This document shows, one piece after another, positions 46,010-63,439 of a stretch of DNA of 64,000 bases. Location: assembly GCF_009914755.1 (NCBI RefSeq), contig NC_060932.1. One strand, written 5' to 3'. This stretch comes from the human T2T-CHM13v2.0 reference genome, Homo sapiens. Position 1 is the first letter of the stretch, and each line of letters opens with the position of its first letter. A program made the position numbers and the translations under genes. The notes beneath the pieces were generated by a model. It did not search any database. It was not told the origin of the DNA and worked only from the letters and a program-made list of their open reading frames with translations.

Positions 46010-46455
46010 ATTCCTTCCTTCCTTCCTTCCTTCCTTCCTTCCTTCCTTCCTTCCTTCCTTCCGTCCTCTCTCTCTTTCTTTCTTTCTCTCTCTCTCTTCC
46101 TTTCTCCTTCCTTCCTCCCTCCCTCCTTCCTTCCTCTTTCTTTTTCTTTCTCTCTTTCTCCTTCCTTCCTTCCTCCCTCCCACCTTCCTTCCTTCCTCCT
46201 TCCATCCTTCCTTCCCCCTTCCTTCCTTCCTTCCTTCCTTCCTTCCTTCCTTCCCTCCCTCCCTCCCTCCCTCCTTCCTTCCTTCCCTCCCTCCCTCCCT
46301 CCCTCCCTCCCTCCTTCCTTCCTTCCCTCCCTCCCTCCTCCCTCCCTCCCTCCCTCCCTCCTTCCTTCCTTCCTTCCTTCCTTCCTTCCCTCCCTCCCTC
46401 CCTCCTTCCTCCCTCCCTCCCTCCCTCCTTCGTTCCTTCCTTCTTTCCTTCTTTC
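46010..46455. repeat. ~445-bp polypyrimidine (TTCC/TCCC)n tract
   Basis: Direct reading; abuts the tail end of an antisense Alu. Confidence 0.95.
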
Positions 46456-46474
46456 TTCGGGGGTAGAAGGGAGA

Positions 46475-47040
46475 AAGGATCTCGTTCTGTTGCCCAGGCT
46501 GGAGTGCAGTCATGCCATCACAGCTCACTTAAGCTTCAGCCCACCTCAGCCTCCTGAGTAGCTGGGACTATAGGTGTGCACCACCATGCCCAGCTAATTT
46601 TTGTATTTTTTTGTGGATACAGAATTTCGCCATGTTGCCCAGGCTGGTCTCAAACTCCTGCATTTAAATGGTTCACTTGCTTAGGCTTCCCAAAATGCTG
46701 TGATTACAGGCATGAGCCGCCATGCCTGGCCTGCTACCTTTCTTTTCTTTCTTTTTGAGACAGGGTCTCACTCTGTCACCCAGACTGGAGTACAGTAGCA
46801 CAGTCTTGGCTCACTGCAACCTCCGCCACCCCGGCTCAAGTGATTCTCCTGCCTCAGCCTCCTGAGTAGCTGGCATTACAGGTGCGGACCACCACCACCT
46901 GGCTAATTTTTGTATTTTTAGTAGAGATGGGGTTTCACCATGTTGGCCAGGCTGGTCTCAAACTGCTGACCACAGGTGATCTGCCCGCCTCGGCCTCCCA
47001 AAGTGCTGGGATTACAGGCGTGAGCCACCGTACCTGGCCG
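46475..47040 (-). mobile_element. Two tandem antisense Alus
   Basis: Second Alu has TSD ggcctgctacctttc. Confidence 0.9.
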
Positions 47041-47419
47041 GCCTGCTACCTTTCATTTGTATAATATGTCATCAAACATAGTCACATAACAGAATTCAGA
47101 AAGTAGAGAACAAGAAGAATTCAATAGCTAGAGAACTTGATAAAATAAGTAGGTCAATCATAATTAGCTTAACTTTATAGATTTATTTATTATATAATTG
47201 CCAAGTTATTATGACGGCCAAAACAGACATGATCCCTGACTTATGCTGTTTACACTATAGAAGGCAAGGGAGACATTAAATAGAAAATCCTAAAAGCATA
47301 TAACCACAACTATGATAAATAGCATACATGCACAGTATATAGCAGGGAGGCCATGATCTGGTCTGTGTGACACAGAAGCCCTTCTTTCAGAGGAAACAGA
47401 AGCAGGTCAGGATGCCCAG

Positions 47420-47830
47420 TATATTCGTTTGTTGCCTGTTGCTTACAACAGAATACCTACAACTGGGTAATTTACTTTAAAAAAGGAATTTATGTCTTAC
47501 AATTGTAAAGGCTGAGACATCCAAGGTCAAGGGGCTGCATCTGGTGAGGGCCTTCTTGCTGGTGGGGACTCTCTGCAGAGTCCCAAGGTAGCACAGGGCA
47601 TCACATGGTGGGCAGCTGAGTGTGCTAATGGGCTAGCTCAGGTCTCTCTTCCTCTTATAAAGCCAACAGTTCTTCTCCCATGATAACCCATTAATCTACA
47701 AATTGATTAATCCATTCATGAAGGCAGAGTCCTCATGATCCAATCACCTCTTAAAGTGTACATCATTTAATACTACCACATTAAGGATGAGGTTTCCAAC
47801 ATAAATTTTAGGGGATACATTTCCAAGCGG
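47420..47830 (-). mobile_element. MST-like LTR within L2
   Basis: 'aacagaatacctacaactgggtaatt...ccaatcacctcttaaag...ggggatacat'. Confidence 0.8.
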
Positions 47831-48004
47831 AGAGGGAAGGGGAAAGTTGAACAAGATGAGATTGGAGAGTTAAGGAAAGGCCAGAGCATGCAGGGCCATG
47901 AAGGATGTAATTAGGATCCATCCTTTTTCTAACAGAAATGAGAAATACTGAAGAGTTTTATACAAGGGAGTGATGAGATCAGATTTCTGTTTTTTCTTGG
48001 GTTT

Positions 48005-48447
<443 letters not shown>

Positions 48448-48489
48448 TCATGTGATGATGTCATTTATGTTATTTTTAACAATATGTAC

Positions 48490-49570
48490 ATATATGCTCT
48501 CAGGAAACTAGGAATAGAGGAGAACTTCCTCAACTTGGTGAAGAACATTTACAAAGAAACTAATATCATACTTAATGATGAGCGTTATAGATTGAATTGA
48601 GTCCCCTCTAAATTCACATGCTAAGTCCTAATCCCTAGCACTTCTGAATGTGACTGTATTTGGGGATAGAGTTGTTAAAGAAATAATTATGTTAAATTGA
48701 GGTCATTAGGATGGGCCCCAATCTAATACAACTAGTGTCATAAAAAGAGGAAACAAGGACATACAGAAGTACCGAGAGAAGGCCATGAGAAGACATAGGC
48801 AGAAGGCAGCCACCTACAAGCCAAGGAGAGAGGCCTCAGAAGAAACAAACCCTTCTGACACCTTGATTTCAAATTTCTAGGCTTCAGTATTGGGAGAAAA
48901 TAAATTTCTGTTGTTTAAGCCACCCAGTCTGTGGTACTTTTTATAGCAGCCCTAGAAAATGAATACAGTGAGAAACCAGAGGCTTTTTCACTAAGATCAG
49001 GATCAAGGCAAGGATGTCCCCTCTCACTTCTCCCATTCAACATCTCACTGAATGTCCTAGCTAATGCAATAAGACAAGAAAAGGAAATAAAGTGTATACA
49101 CATTTGGAAGGATGACATAACATTGTCTTTGTTTGCAGGTGAGAAGATTTTCTATGTAGAAGATGCAAATAATTAACAACAAAAAAACGAATAAGTGGTT
49201 ATAGCAGGGTTTCTGGATACAAGGATAATATATAAAAGTGAACTGATTTCTTATATGCCAGCAGAGAACAACTGGAATTTGAAGTGTAAAATACAATGTA
49301 TTTACATCAGCACCAAAAAAATGAAGCACTTAGGTATAAAGCTAACAAAATACGTATAAAATCTACATGAGAAAAACTGTAAAAATCTGATGAAAGAAAT
49401 CAAAGATGTAAATAAATGGGAAAATATCCCAAATACATAGATAGGAAGATTTTCTCAATATTATCAAGATGTTAGTTCTTTCCCAACTGATTCAATTTCC
49501 AACTGATCAATTTCCCAATGATCTATAGATTCAATGCAATCTCAATCAAAATCCCAAGTCATTTTATGGA
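48490..49570 (+). mobile_element. L1M ORF2 (RT region) fragment interrupted by an MLT1 LTR (48582-48967)
   Basis: Peptides KLGIEENFLNLVKNIY and [40 protein letters not shown] are L1 RT motifs. Confidence 0.88.
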
Positions 49571-50144
49571 CATATATATATATATGCATTTGCATATGTG
49601 TAGACTGTAGCTAGAGAGATTAATTAGAAACTTCTCACAATATGTTGCTTCTGGGGAAAGGAATAGGGGGTGTGGGGGGGATGCTTGCTTTTACACATTT
49701 TGTATTTTGTATCTTTTGAATTTTGTACCAGGTGCATTCATGTAGACAAAAACAACTTAGCTTAGAAAAGAATTTATACTCGCTCACACTGCTAGTAAGG
49801 GATTAAAAAAGGGGACTAAATCCAGGTCTTCTGAAGAGTAAGCTCAGTGCTTTTTTTCACTAGCCCACTATGTGAAGATGAATACGAGAAGGGGGTTTAT
49901 TTTTGTATGGGATGGTAGTGAGAGACAGGGATGGAAAGAGCCTCATGGTTGGATTGGGAGTGGGTTAGGCACAGTGTTGGGCAAAGTGGTGTGAATGTCA
50001 GCCTGCAGATAATAAGAGTGGCCCAAGTTTTATCCAGGGGGAATTTGATTACAGTAATAGTAGGGGCTTGTCTCCTTTCCTCTTTTGACCACTGCCCAGA
50101 AATCTACCCACTCAGGATTCCAAGGGGTGAATTAGGAAGAAGAC

Positions 50145-50610
50145 GGGCTCTTGGTTCCTTTGTGCTGCTGTAACAGAATACCACAGACTGGGTAATTAGT
50201 AAGCAACAGAAATGTATTTCTCACAGTTCTGGAGCCTGGGAAGTCTAAGATCAAGGCAGCAGCAGACTGGCCAGCAGATTCCATGTCTGGTGAGTGTGTT
50301 CTGCTTAAAAGCTGACCTCTTGTTGCTGCTTGGTGGAAGGGGGCGAGGGAGCTGCTTAAGGGCACTAACCCCATCATTAGTATGGAGCCTGGTGATTTGA
50401 TCACTTCCCAGAGGCCCCACCTCTTAATATTGTTACATTGGGTATTAGGTTCCAATATATTTCCAACATCTAGCCTTCAGAATTGGGAGACAATAAATTT
50501 CTGTTGTTTAAGCCACCCAGTCTGTGATACTTTGTTTTGGCAGCCCTACAAACTAATATAGGGAGAAACTAATGCATTTTGGGGGGACATCAACTTTTAG
50601 GCTACAGAAG
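50145..50610 (-). mobile_element. MST/MLT1A LTR with an opposite-orientation insert at 50460-50569
   Basis: 'gctgctgtaacagaataccacagactggg...tattaggttccaata' resumes at 'atgcattttggggggacat'. Confidence 0.8.
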
Positions 50611-50669
50611 GATTCTTTAAGAATTGAAAAAGTAGAATATATATAGTCTTTTATTATTTTTTAATTATT

Positions 50670-50964
<295 letters not shown>

Positions 50965-51779
50965 TAGAATATTTTTGCTTTAATAGAAGCTCATTTGCAT
51001 AAGCCTCAAAGGGTTTTAGGAATGACAAGAGCATCCAGTAGCAAAAAGGTAATGGAAGGACGACTTGATCAGTGGCCGAAGAAAGAACATGCATAACTAA
51101 CCAGCACTTAAGAGACAGGGAGAATGTGGGGGAAGGCATCAGGAGCAATTCTAATATTCCTGGCTACCCTTCACACGGATTGCTTTTCCTCTAAACGAAG
51201 CTGTGTTCACATTAGAATTACTGCTCAGCGTTATGAAAGAATCTAGGTTCTAAAAGTCACTGCATTTTTACATGTAAGCCCAGCTGTAATGCAATAATTT
51301 GCATTTATATAGCAACATTCATCTAAGGCAGAAACATGCTTCTCCAGCATTAACTCATTAATCCTTACAATGTCCTTGTGAAGGAGCTGGTGAGTGTGAT
51401 TATCTCCCTTTCACAAATAAGAAAAATGGAGCCACAGAGACGATAAGTGATTTGGGTGAGAATAGGTTGAGTCTATATGATGAATTCATAACTAGTATTA
51501 ATACAAATCTCTTGGAAATGAGTTATAAATGATTGGTTCAACACAGTTTGGTGTTCAGATGTCTCAAAAAATTTTAATAAATGAATATCTTACTTTGGCT
51601 TTATAATCAACAGAATCTGATTATTATTCAGGTTTTATTCACCCTGACTGATGAATGACAAAATCTGTCTCATGAGAATTAAATCCACTTTCCTCTCCGA
51701 CTAATAACTTTAGAGCCCAGGACTCTATGAAAGGAATTACAAGATTGGGGTAATAATAAGAGAAAGTCACTTGATTTAA

Positions 51780-52093
<314 letters not shown>

Positions 52094-52194
52094 TCCAACT
52101 TCTGAGATAAAGATTTGGGTGCAAGTAATTTATTCAGAGTTTATCCCAGGAAGCATGTTGAGGGCATGGAGAAATAAGAGAGGAAAGTTCATAA

Positions 52195-53202
<1,008 letters not shown>

Positions 53203-53873
53203 AGAGTTGAGCTTTTCATCCACCATCTTTTGTCCCTCTTCAGTGAGCATTGTTCCTGTGGCACTTCTGTTCTGCTCTGTGCTCAGGCTAAACACCCCCT
53301 GCAGCCAGAGAAATTCCTCTGACAGAGAAATGCTGGGCAGCCTGGTCCAGCTCAGACCACGACATCTCATCTGGCACTGCTGGTGATCTCAGGATGGTCA
53401 AAGAGGATAAGATCAAGATACTGACTGCATGTGCTGCAACGTTTAACAAATATTTATTAAATACCTACAATGTGCCTGCCACTTTGCTAGGTCTAAGGAT
53501 AAAAAATAACTCAGACATGGTGATTTCTCTGAAACATAAAAACTGATCATGACATTCTCCATTCCCACCTTCTAGTAGTTCAGATCTACTTTGAACTGCT
53601 GCAATATTATAAGAGATGCAGAGAACTTTGCAAGCTTGAGATGGAAAAAACATCAAGTAGCCCTAATGTGTTCTCTTCAATTTCAATTTGGTTTGACTTA
53701 GGGAGGATTCCCCGGACTGCTTTTCCCATCGCCTGCCAGTCTCTAAGTTACAGACAGGATTTTGGATTCATGGCAGAGCAGGGCAGAATCCTCTCACTTT
53801 ATGAACTTCCTTTAGCCACGTCTTGGTTGCTTTTTCCCTAATAGGCTATTTGGGAAGACTGTCTATTTGGCTA

Positions 53874-54561
53874 CTGTATTAGCCCATTTTCACGCTGCTG
53901 ATAGACATAACTGAGAGGCCAGGCACGGTGGCTCACGCCTGTAATCCCAGCACTTTGGGAGGCTGAGGCGGGCGGATTACCTGAGGTTGGGAGTTGGAGA
54001 CCAGCCTGACCAACATGGAGAAACCCCGTCTTTTCTAAAAATACAAAATTAGCCAGGCGTGGTGGCGCATGCCTGTAATCCCAGCTACTCGGGAGGCTGA
54101 GGCAGGAAAAGTGCTTGAATTTGGGAGGCGGAGATTGGAGGTTGCAGTGAGCCGAGATCGGCCATTTCACTCCAGCCTGGGCAACAAGAGCGAAACTCCA
54201 TCTCAAAACAACAACAACAACAAAAACAACCAAAAAACCATACCTGAGACTGGGTGATTTATAAAGAGAAAGAGGTTTAATGGGTTCACAGTTCCAGTGG
54301 TTAGGGAGGCCTCACAATCATGGCAGAAGGTGAAAGGCACGTCTTACATGGCGGCAGGGAGTAGCGAACTTGGGCAGGAAAACTCCCCTTTATAAAACCA
54401 TCAGATCTCATGAGACTTATTCACTACCGCAAGAAGAGCATGAGAAAGACCCGCCCCCATGATTCAGTTACCTCCCACCAGGTCCCTCCCATGACATGTG
54501 GGAATTGTGGGAGCTACAATTCAAGATGAGATTTGGGTGGGGACACAGCCAAACCATATTA
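53874..54561 (-). mobile_element. THE1 LTR with an AluSp/Sq-like insert (+, 53917-54240)
   Basis: 'tgtattagcccattttcacgctgctgata...gagatttgggtggggacacagccaaaccatatta'. Confidence 0.88.
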
Positions 54562-55233
54562 GCTTCCATTTTCTCCATCTCTTCTAAACTGATTTACAAA
54601 TATATGTGCTTCTTTCTTGTTAACTACTTTGCCTGCTTTTTCTCTTTTCAACCTGATTCTTCTTTGTAAAAATCTTTCCAATGATTGTGAACTCATTTGG
54701 GGCTTTCCTTCCCTATTCTCTGATGATTTATGGTCTCGATTAATATTTACTGATATTATTATATAATCCCAAAATTCTATGCTTTTTTCTGATTTCCAAG
54801 GTGATGCTAGGTAAATTTTTCCATGGGTTAGCAGGTTGTTGATGAGAAAAGACAAGGCCCTGTCTGTTCTGCCTGACAAATACATCCCAGGTAGCATTTA
54901 TATACCTTCGACACAACTCTCCAGAGTCAGCCTTTAATTCCTGATCACTGCTTGGCCTAACAGAATAATGATGTCAAGATCCTCAGTTTAACATGGAGGC
55001 AAGAGTGATAGGCTATCTATGCATGGGGCTATTTTCTGCCCCGTACTTAAATCACTTGGATTACATTTCCTGATAGTTTTGTGAAGAAGGGAAAGAAAGC
55101 AATTTGGGATGCTGAGGAGGATTCAAGTCCTATCTCTATTACTAGTCAGGTAGTGTCTGCTGACTGTTGTACAACTCTCCTCTCGGGCACCTGTGTGCTT
55201 TCTGGTCACAGTCAGACATTGAGAACTATTAAG

Positions 55234-55378
55234 GGTTGGGTGCAGTGAATCACACCTGTAATTTCAACACTTTGAGAGGCTGAGTCAAAAGGATGACTTG
55301 AGGCCAGGAGTTCACTATGGGAAACATAGTGAGACCCCCCCTCTCTACTATATATATATGTATATATATAGTAGAGAC

Positions 55379-55449
<71 letters not shown>

Positions 55450-55939
55450 TCTCTACTATATATATATAGTCTCTACTATATATATATAGTCTCTACTATA
55501 TATATATAGTCTCTACTATATATATATAGAGTCTCTACTATATATATATAGTCTACTACATATATAGAGTCTCTACTATATATAGAGTCTGCCATATATA
55601 TACATTCTCTACTATATATATATAGTCTCTACCATATATATATATATATACATAGTCTCTACTATATATATATATATAATTAGCTAGGTATGGTGGCATG
55701 TGCCTCTAGTCCCAGCTACTTGGGAGGTAGAGGAAGGATGGTCACTTGAGCTCAGGAGTTTGAGGCTGCAGTGTGATTGAACCACTGCACTCCAGCCTGG
55801 GCAATACAGCAAGATTCTATCTCATGAAGAAGAAGCAGAAGGAGAAGGAGGAGGAGGAGGAGAAAGAGGAGGAGGAGGAGGAGGAGAAGGAGAAGGAGAA
55901 GGAAAAGAAAAGAAGAAGAAGAAGAAAAAGAAGAAGAAG

Positions 55940-55970
<31 letters not shown>

Positions 55971-56005
55971 TGAGAAGAAGAAGGAGAAGGAGAGGAAGAA
56001 GAAGA
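55234..56005 (+). mobile_element. AluJ with linker minisatellite (55341-55680) and (GAG)n/(GAA)n tail (55825-56005)
   Basis: Left and right arms flank 'agtctctactatatatatat' repeats. Confidence 0.85.
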
Positions 56006-56314
56006 ATGTGTGTGTGTGTGTGTGGTGATAACACAAAGACAAAGTCAATGAGTCTGGAGTGCATTAGCCATCTTGCATTATTGACGCTACATTTAGGAAT
56101 TCCAAAAGCTGAGAGTTAATGCCACATCTGCTTGGTTGGTAGCTTTTTTCTAAGGTGACCGGAAGGTAGAAGGTATGAAGAAAAGACACAGAAGGTATAA
56201 TTATATAATTGTAACCAATGAAAGTCAATTTTCTCCTTCACTCATAGAAACAATCTGAGGAGGTTATGAAGTATGGGGCCAAAGACATAAATTCAGCCTG
56301 TAACTCCCATGCTA

Positions 56315-56790
<476 letters not shown>

Positions 56791-58100
56791 GAATGCAGCA
56801 TTAAAAAACTAGCAAGCAAGCAAGCACTCCATCTTACTGGGATATTATCAAATAAAGTTAGGATATTTTGTTCTGTCTTTACTCTTTAAATGTTTCCCTT
56901 GGTTTTCATTTTTTTGGCAAAAATGTCCCAGTCTCTACTGTACTCTATGCTCTCACTCTATGTGGGTTAGGTGGGGTTTACTCTGCCTGGGTAATCAGAA
57001 CAGTCTATCCTCCTGGTCATCAGAATTGGCTGATGAATTGGCTGTAATTCAAGTCAGGCCAGTGAAATTTTGGAGCAACTTGTAGAGAGTCACTCTCTTT
57101 CTGAAGTGGTTGCTAAGGGGATAGAAGGTAAGCTTGGAGCTGCAGGTAGTCATTTTTACTATCATCTGGGGGTGAACCCACATAACAATGAAATTAACAT
57201 AGAGGAAAGCATGACTAATAGAAACAGAAGAAGTTATGATTACATTGAATATTTGAATCCAGCCACGACTGAAATATAACATTTATTACTTGACTTTTCA
57301 GTTACATGATCCCATACATTTTCTTTCTTTTATCTTTTCTATAAACAAATTTGAGTTGCCTTTCTTGTGCTTGAGAACCAGAGTTCTAATATAATCTTTT
57401 ATTAATCAATGTCTTCTCCTTTCCATTGCTCTATTTGGCTTGTATCAATATTTTTAATATAAACTCAGCCTTTTTTATTGTAATAAAATATACATAACAA
57501 AATTTACCATTTTAACTATTTTAAGTGTACAATCTCATGGCATTGAGTGCATTCACAATGTTGTACAACCATCATAATTATCCATTTAGCTCAGCCTTTT
57601 TAAAGAAGGAATATTTCAGTTAAATTTTCTTCTTTATAATCTACTTCCACAGAGGCTTAGTCAATTACAGTAATGCTGGATCAAAACCATTATGTGAAAT
57701 TAATTTACAAAAACAATGCTTGTGGGGGCAAAGAAATTACCCATCCACAGGTCACAGAGGAGCTATTTCTCCCAGATACATATTGAGTGGACACAATCTT
57801 GTTGCACCCTGAATACCTCTTAGTCTAATGTTAGTATTGTAGAAGGGCCCAGTACAAAGAAACCTTATTAAGTTATGAAACTACATTAAGAGTCAAAGTC
57901 AGAGACACAAATGGATGTATAAACACCATTGACTTTGCATTGGCAAGTCAAACCACTCTAAGTCCTTGATTCTTTGATCTTACCCTTTGTAATCTTTAAA
58001 CAGGGACTTTGAAAGCACATAAAAACTTGGAGCAATGGAGAATACAAGACACTGAAGTGAATTGTTGCTGGGAAATACATATTAGAATGTAGTAAGATGG

Positions 58101-58103
<3 letters not shown>

Positions 58104-58137
<34 letters not shown>
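58104..58137. repeat. (TG)n microsatellite
   Basis: Direct reading. Confidence 0.95.
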
Positions 58138-58140
<3 letters not shown>

Positions 58141-58837
58141 TTGAGTGTGTGCTGGGCAGGTACGGGAGCAGTATTTGGAGAAAGCTAATAAGGGAACCAG
58201 CTCAGATTTCATCTGGGTAGACAAACCAATGTGGCCTTCATTTAGAATCTTCAGGGAATTACTGGAGGTGATTTTTCACTTCTCAACCTTCAAATACATC
58301 TCTTTCTTTTTCTCTTTCTGTTGTCTCTCTTCTCCTATCTTCTGACCAATTTTTGCTTCCACATGTGTCCTTTTTTCTTTCTTCCTTTCCTTTGCCTCAA
58401 TTCCACACTCACTACCAGAAGCAGTGATAGGCACCAAGTACGAATGCTCTGAAAGCTCCTTAGAATCCAAAGTTGGTCCATTTAGGCCAGGAATCACCTT
58501 AATTTCTCAAAGAAACTCAAGATTTACTCTATCTCTTGACTAACTGCATGGGAGGTCAGAAATCATGTTCTCATATTATATGTACATGAAATTGTCTCGT
58601 AGATATTGGATTATTGTGATTTTAGGAGTTCTGGTATTTCAAGCCCTCAGGCATCCCTCAATGGAAGATGCAGGAGAAATGATAATGGTTCCACCTAAGA
58701 GTTCTTATTAATAGTGAGTATAATGTAAGCATAATTTTTTTCCAAGTCTTCATGGATAATAGAAGGAACTGGGATCAAAGGCACTTAAGAGTAACTCACA
58801 ATGATTTAAAAAATCTGTCCTGCTTGCTACTCTACAA

Positions 58838-59128
58838 TTTTTTTTTTTTTTTTTTTTTCTGAGACAGGGTCTTGCTGTTGCCCAGGCAGCAGTGCAGTGG
58901 TGCAATCTCGGGTCACTGCAACCTCCGTGGGCTCAAGTGATCCTCCTGAGTAGCTGGGACCAGAGGTACAAGCCACCACACCAGGCTCATTCTTTTTTTT
59001 TTTTTTTTTGTAGACATGGGGTTTCACCATGTTGCCCAGGCTGGTCTCAAAGTCCTGAGTTCAGGTGATCCTCCCACCTGAGCCTCCCAAAGTGCTGGGA
59101 TTACAGGTGTGCACCACTGCACCTGGCC
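58838..59128 (-). mobile_element. AluJ
   Basis: TSD ctactctaca. Confidence 0.9.
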
Positions 59129-59751
59129 TACTCTACAGTTCTTCTGTGATATTGGGGTCAGTGTGCTGAATTCTGATTTGGTTGATATGTTGCAGATGTT
59201 GGGGAATAGTAGCCCACACTCCTGTGAAGAGTGAGGGTTTTCTCTGAAGAGTGTGTCATTTGGGTTTGCTTTTTTTTTAGATAGATTTTAAAAAGAATTT
59301 TCAGGAAGGCAAGTGCTTGGGTGTGGACTGCTGTGTAAGAAATGCAAAGATAGTATCTACAGGAAATTTGGCATTTATCACTTTCCTATTTAAGGTGGTT
59401 TTTTTTGAGACACTGTTCCAACACAGCTGTAGCACAAGTTGTGGGTAACTAACTTGTGGATGGGCCAGTTCGATTTTTGCTTTAGAGAAGTTGAAATTGT
59501 AACAATGAGAGTGTGAGTCAACTAGATGATTATGTGTACTTGAACTAAAAGGTCATATACACTCAGGGATGGAATTGATTTCAGGGTGGGGCAAATCCCT
59601 GTTGCAGCCAAAATTGTAGAGAGCCTTAAAGGTGGTCTTCAAAGAGAAGCAGGAGAATGGCATAGCAATGCAGGCAAAAAGAGACCAGAGATTAAACAGC
59701 ATCCCAATTACTTAGGGGAGGCAATGCTAGCCGCTATAATAGATAAAACCC

Positions 59752-60053
59752 AGGTTGGGTGCAGTGACTCACACCTGTAATCCCAGCACTTTGGGAGGCC
59801 GAGGTGGGTGGATCACTTGAGGCCAGGAGTTTGAGGCCAGCCTAGCCGACATGGTGAAAACCCAAATTCACTAAAAATACAAAAATTAGCCAGGTGTGGT
59901 GGCAGGCACCTGTAATCCCAGCTATTGGGAGGCTGAGGCACAAGAATCACTTGAACCCAGGAGGCAGAGGTTGCAGTGAGCCAAGATCACACCCCTGCAC
60001 TCCAGCCTGGGTGACGGAGTGAGACTCCATCTCAAAAAACAAACAAACAAAAA
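59752..60053 (+). mobile_element. AluS inside an old MLT1-like LTR
   Basis: Full dimer; flanks 'gctagccgctataatagataaaacc' / 'cttagtggtttaaca' are MLT1-like. Confidence 0.85.
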
Positions 60054-60444
60054 ACTTAGTGGTTTAACAGATGCGTTTCCATAGTTTAATATAGTAGAAG
60101 TTTGTTTCTAGCTATACAAGGTCCAACTGGGTGCTCTGGGTTGGTGGGTGGCCTTCCACTTAATCATTCAGGGACCTAAGGTCCTTTTGTCTTGAAGCTC
60201 TGTTCTCCTCTAGTGGCTCATAATTATGTTTTTGATACCAGTTCATATGCTGGGTAGAGTGAATAATGCTCTGTAACAGATAAATTCTCACCACAGTGGC
60301 TTGACAAAATAGTTATTTACTTCTCACTCATATAAACTCCAATTTGGGATTTCTGGGTGGAGAACAGCCATCTCTGTGGTCATTCTGAGACACAGAATCC
60401 TTCTATCTTATAGATCCACCTCCTTCTAAGGCCTTAGAGTGTAG

Positions 60445-61643
<1,199 letters not shown>

Positions 61644-62457
61644 GGAGTTTTTTTCACTAAGTGATCACATGGGGTAAGAGAAGCTGATTGTGTATAGGTG
61701 GTTTTTGTGGGTTAGGCCTTCAAAAGGGGGATGACATATTTACTATTCCTTGAGCAGAATTAGTCACTTGGCTACAGCTAACTACAAAGGGAGGTTGGGG
61801 AGGTTAATCTAGCTATGTGGCCAGAAGTAAAGGAAGGTGAGTTTGGGGAGCATTTTTTTTCTTATTACAAACACTCTGATATTTCCTACTTCTAATTCTT
61901 TTTCTTCCATGACATTTAAGACCATGTCATATGATACGTATTTTATTTATTTATTTTGACTATTGTCTGATTCCACCATATAGTGTAAACTCTCTGATAA
62001 AGGTTTGCTCATGGACATTTTTTACTGCTGTATCTGCCTCATTTAGAACAGTTGCCAGGAGCTTGGGATAGATGCTCAGTAAGTCTTTATTGAATGAATG
62101 AGTATAATTCAGATCTTTCTTTTCCCAGTTCCTGTGTAGTTCAATCAGCTCGGCTTTGCTTCCTGCCTGTGAGTGCATTCTTGAGCACCTGTGTGTTCTT
62201 TCCAAAAAAAGTCTTTTGACTAGAGCTAATTTGACTGTGATTCTTTTTTCCTCTGACAATCGTAAAAAGCCTGGATTGAGATAATACCTACCTCATGAAA
62301 TAGACTATGGGGTGGAAAAAGATGGGGCCTGAGGGCTTCAGCAAGCAAACTGTATCTTGCAGGATATGTTATTTTGTGGTACATTGTGCATTTATTTTTT
62401 CTCTTTTATTGTTCCCCTAAGTTAGTCTTACTAATATTCCAGCCAGCCACATGTTAG

Positions 62458-62908
<451 letters not shown>

Positions 62909-62909
62909 T

Positions 62910-63362
62910 AATATGGCGGAGACTACTAAGTGTCCAACAAAATCCATTATTTTCTTCTTCCATAACAACAACAACAAAAAAGATGTGCTATTCCATAGCT
63001 ACACAGCTAGTGGCCACATTTCCCAGCTTCCCTTGCAGCTAGGTATGACCGTGTGACTCAAGTGTTCCCAGTGGAATGAGCAAAAGCGGTCTGTGCAACT
63101 TCTTCCTCACTTGTTTATGATGGAATCCCCAGCCTTGGTGAACCACTCTTTCCTCCTGCCAGTTACCTGACATGGTGAAGACCAGAGTGCCCTTGGAAGT
63201 CACACATTGAGACTGCAGGGCAGCTATTAGCCTGGCTCCCTAAAGGATCATGTGGATAGATTTGCCCATCAACCTAGACCATCATTCTGGACTGTTGTGA
63301 GGGATAGAAATAAACTTTAAAAAAAGTCATGTTATTTTTTGGTGTCTTGTAACAACAGACTA
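62910..63362 (+). mobile_element. Old MLT1 (H/J-like) LTR
   Basis: 'catttcccagcttcccttgcagctaggtatgaccgtgtgact', 'agaaataaacttt...tcttgtaacaacag'. Confidence 0.7.
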
Positions 63363-63439
63363 GTGAGAGATCCTAAAGAGAAATGAGCCTTGGGGGTCAA
63401 TATCAGGGCTGTGATGTCTAATTGGCCCATTCTCCGATA

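Noticed and set aside
55445-55680. CRISPR-like array of ~20-bp repeats
   Set aside because: No unique spacers; units are contiguous Alu-linker/(TA)n derivatives in primate DNA.
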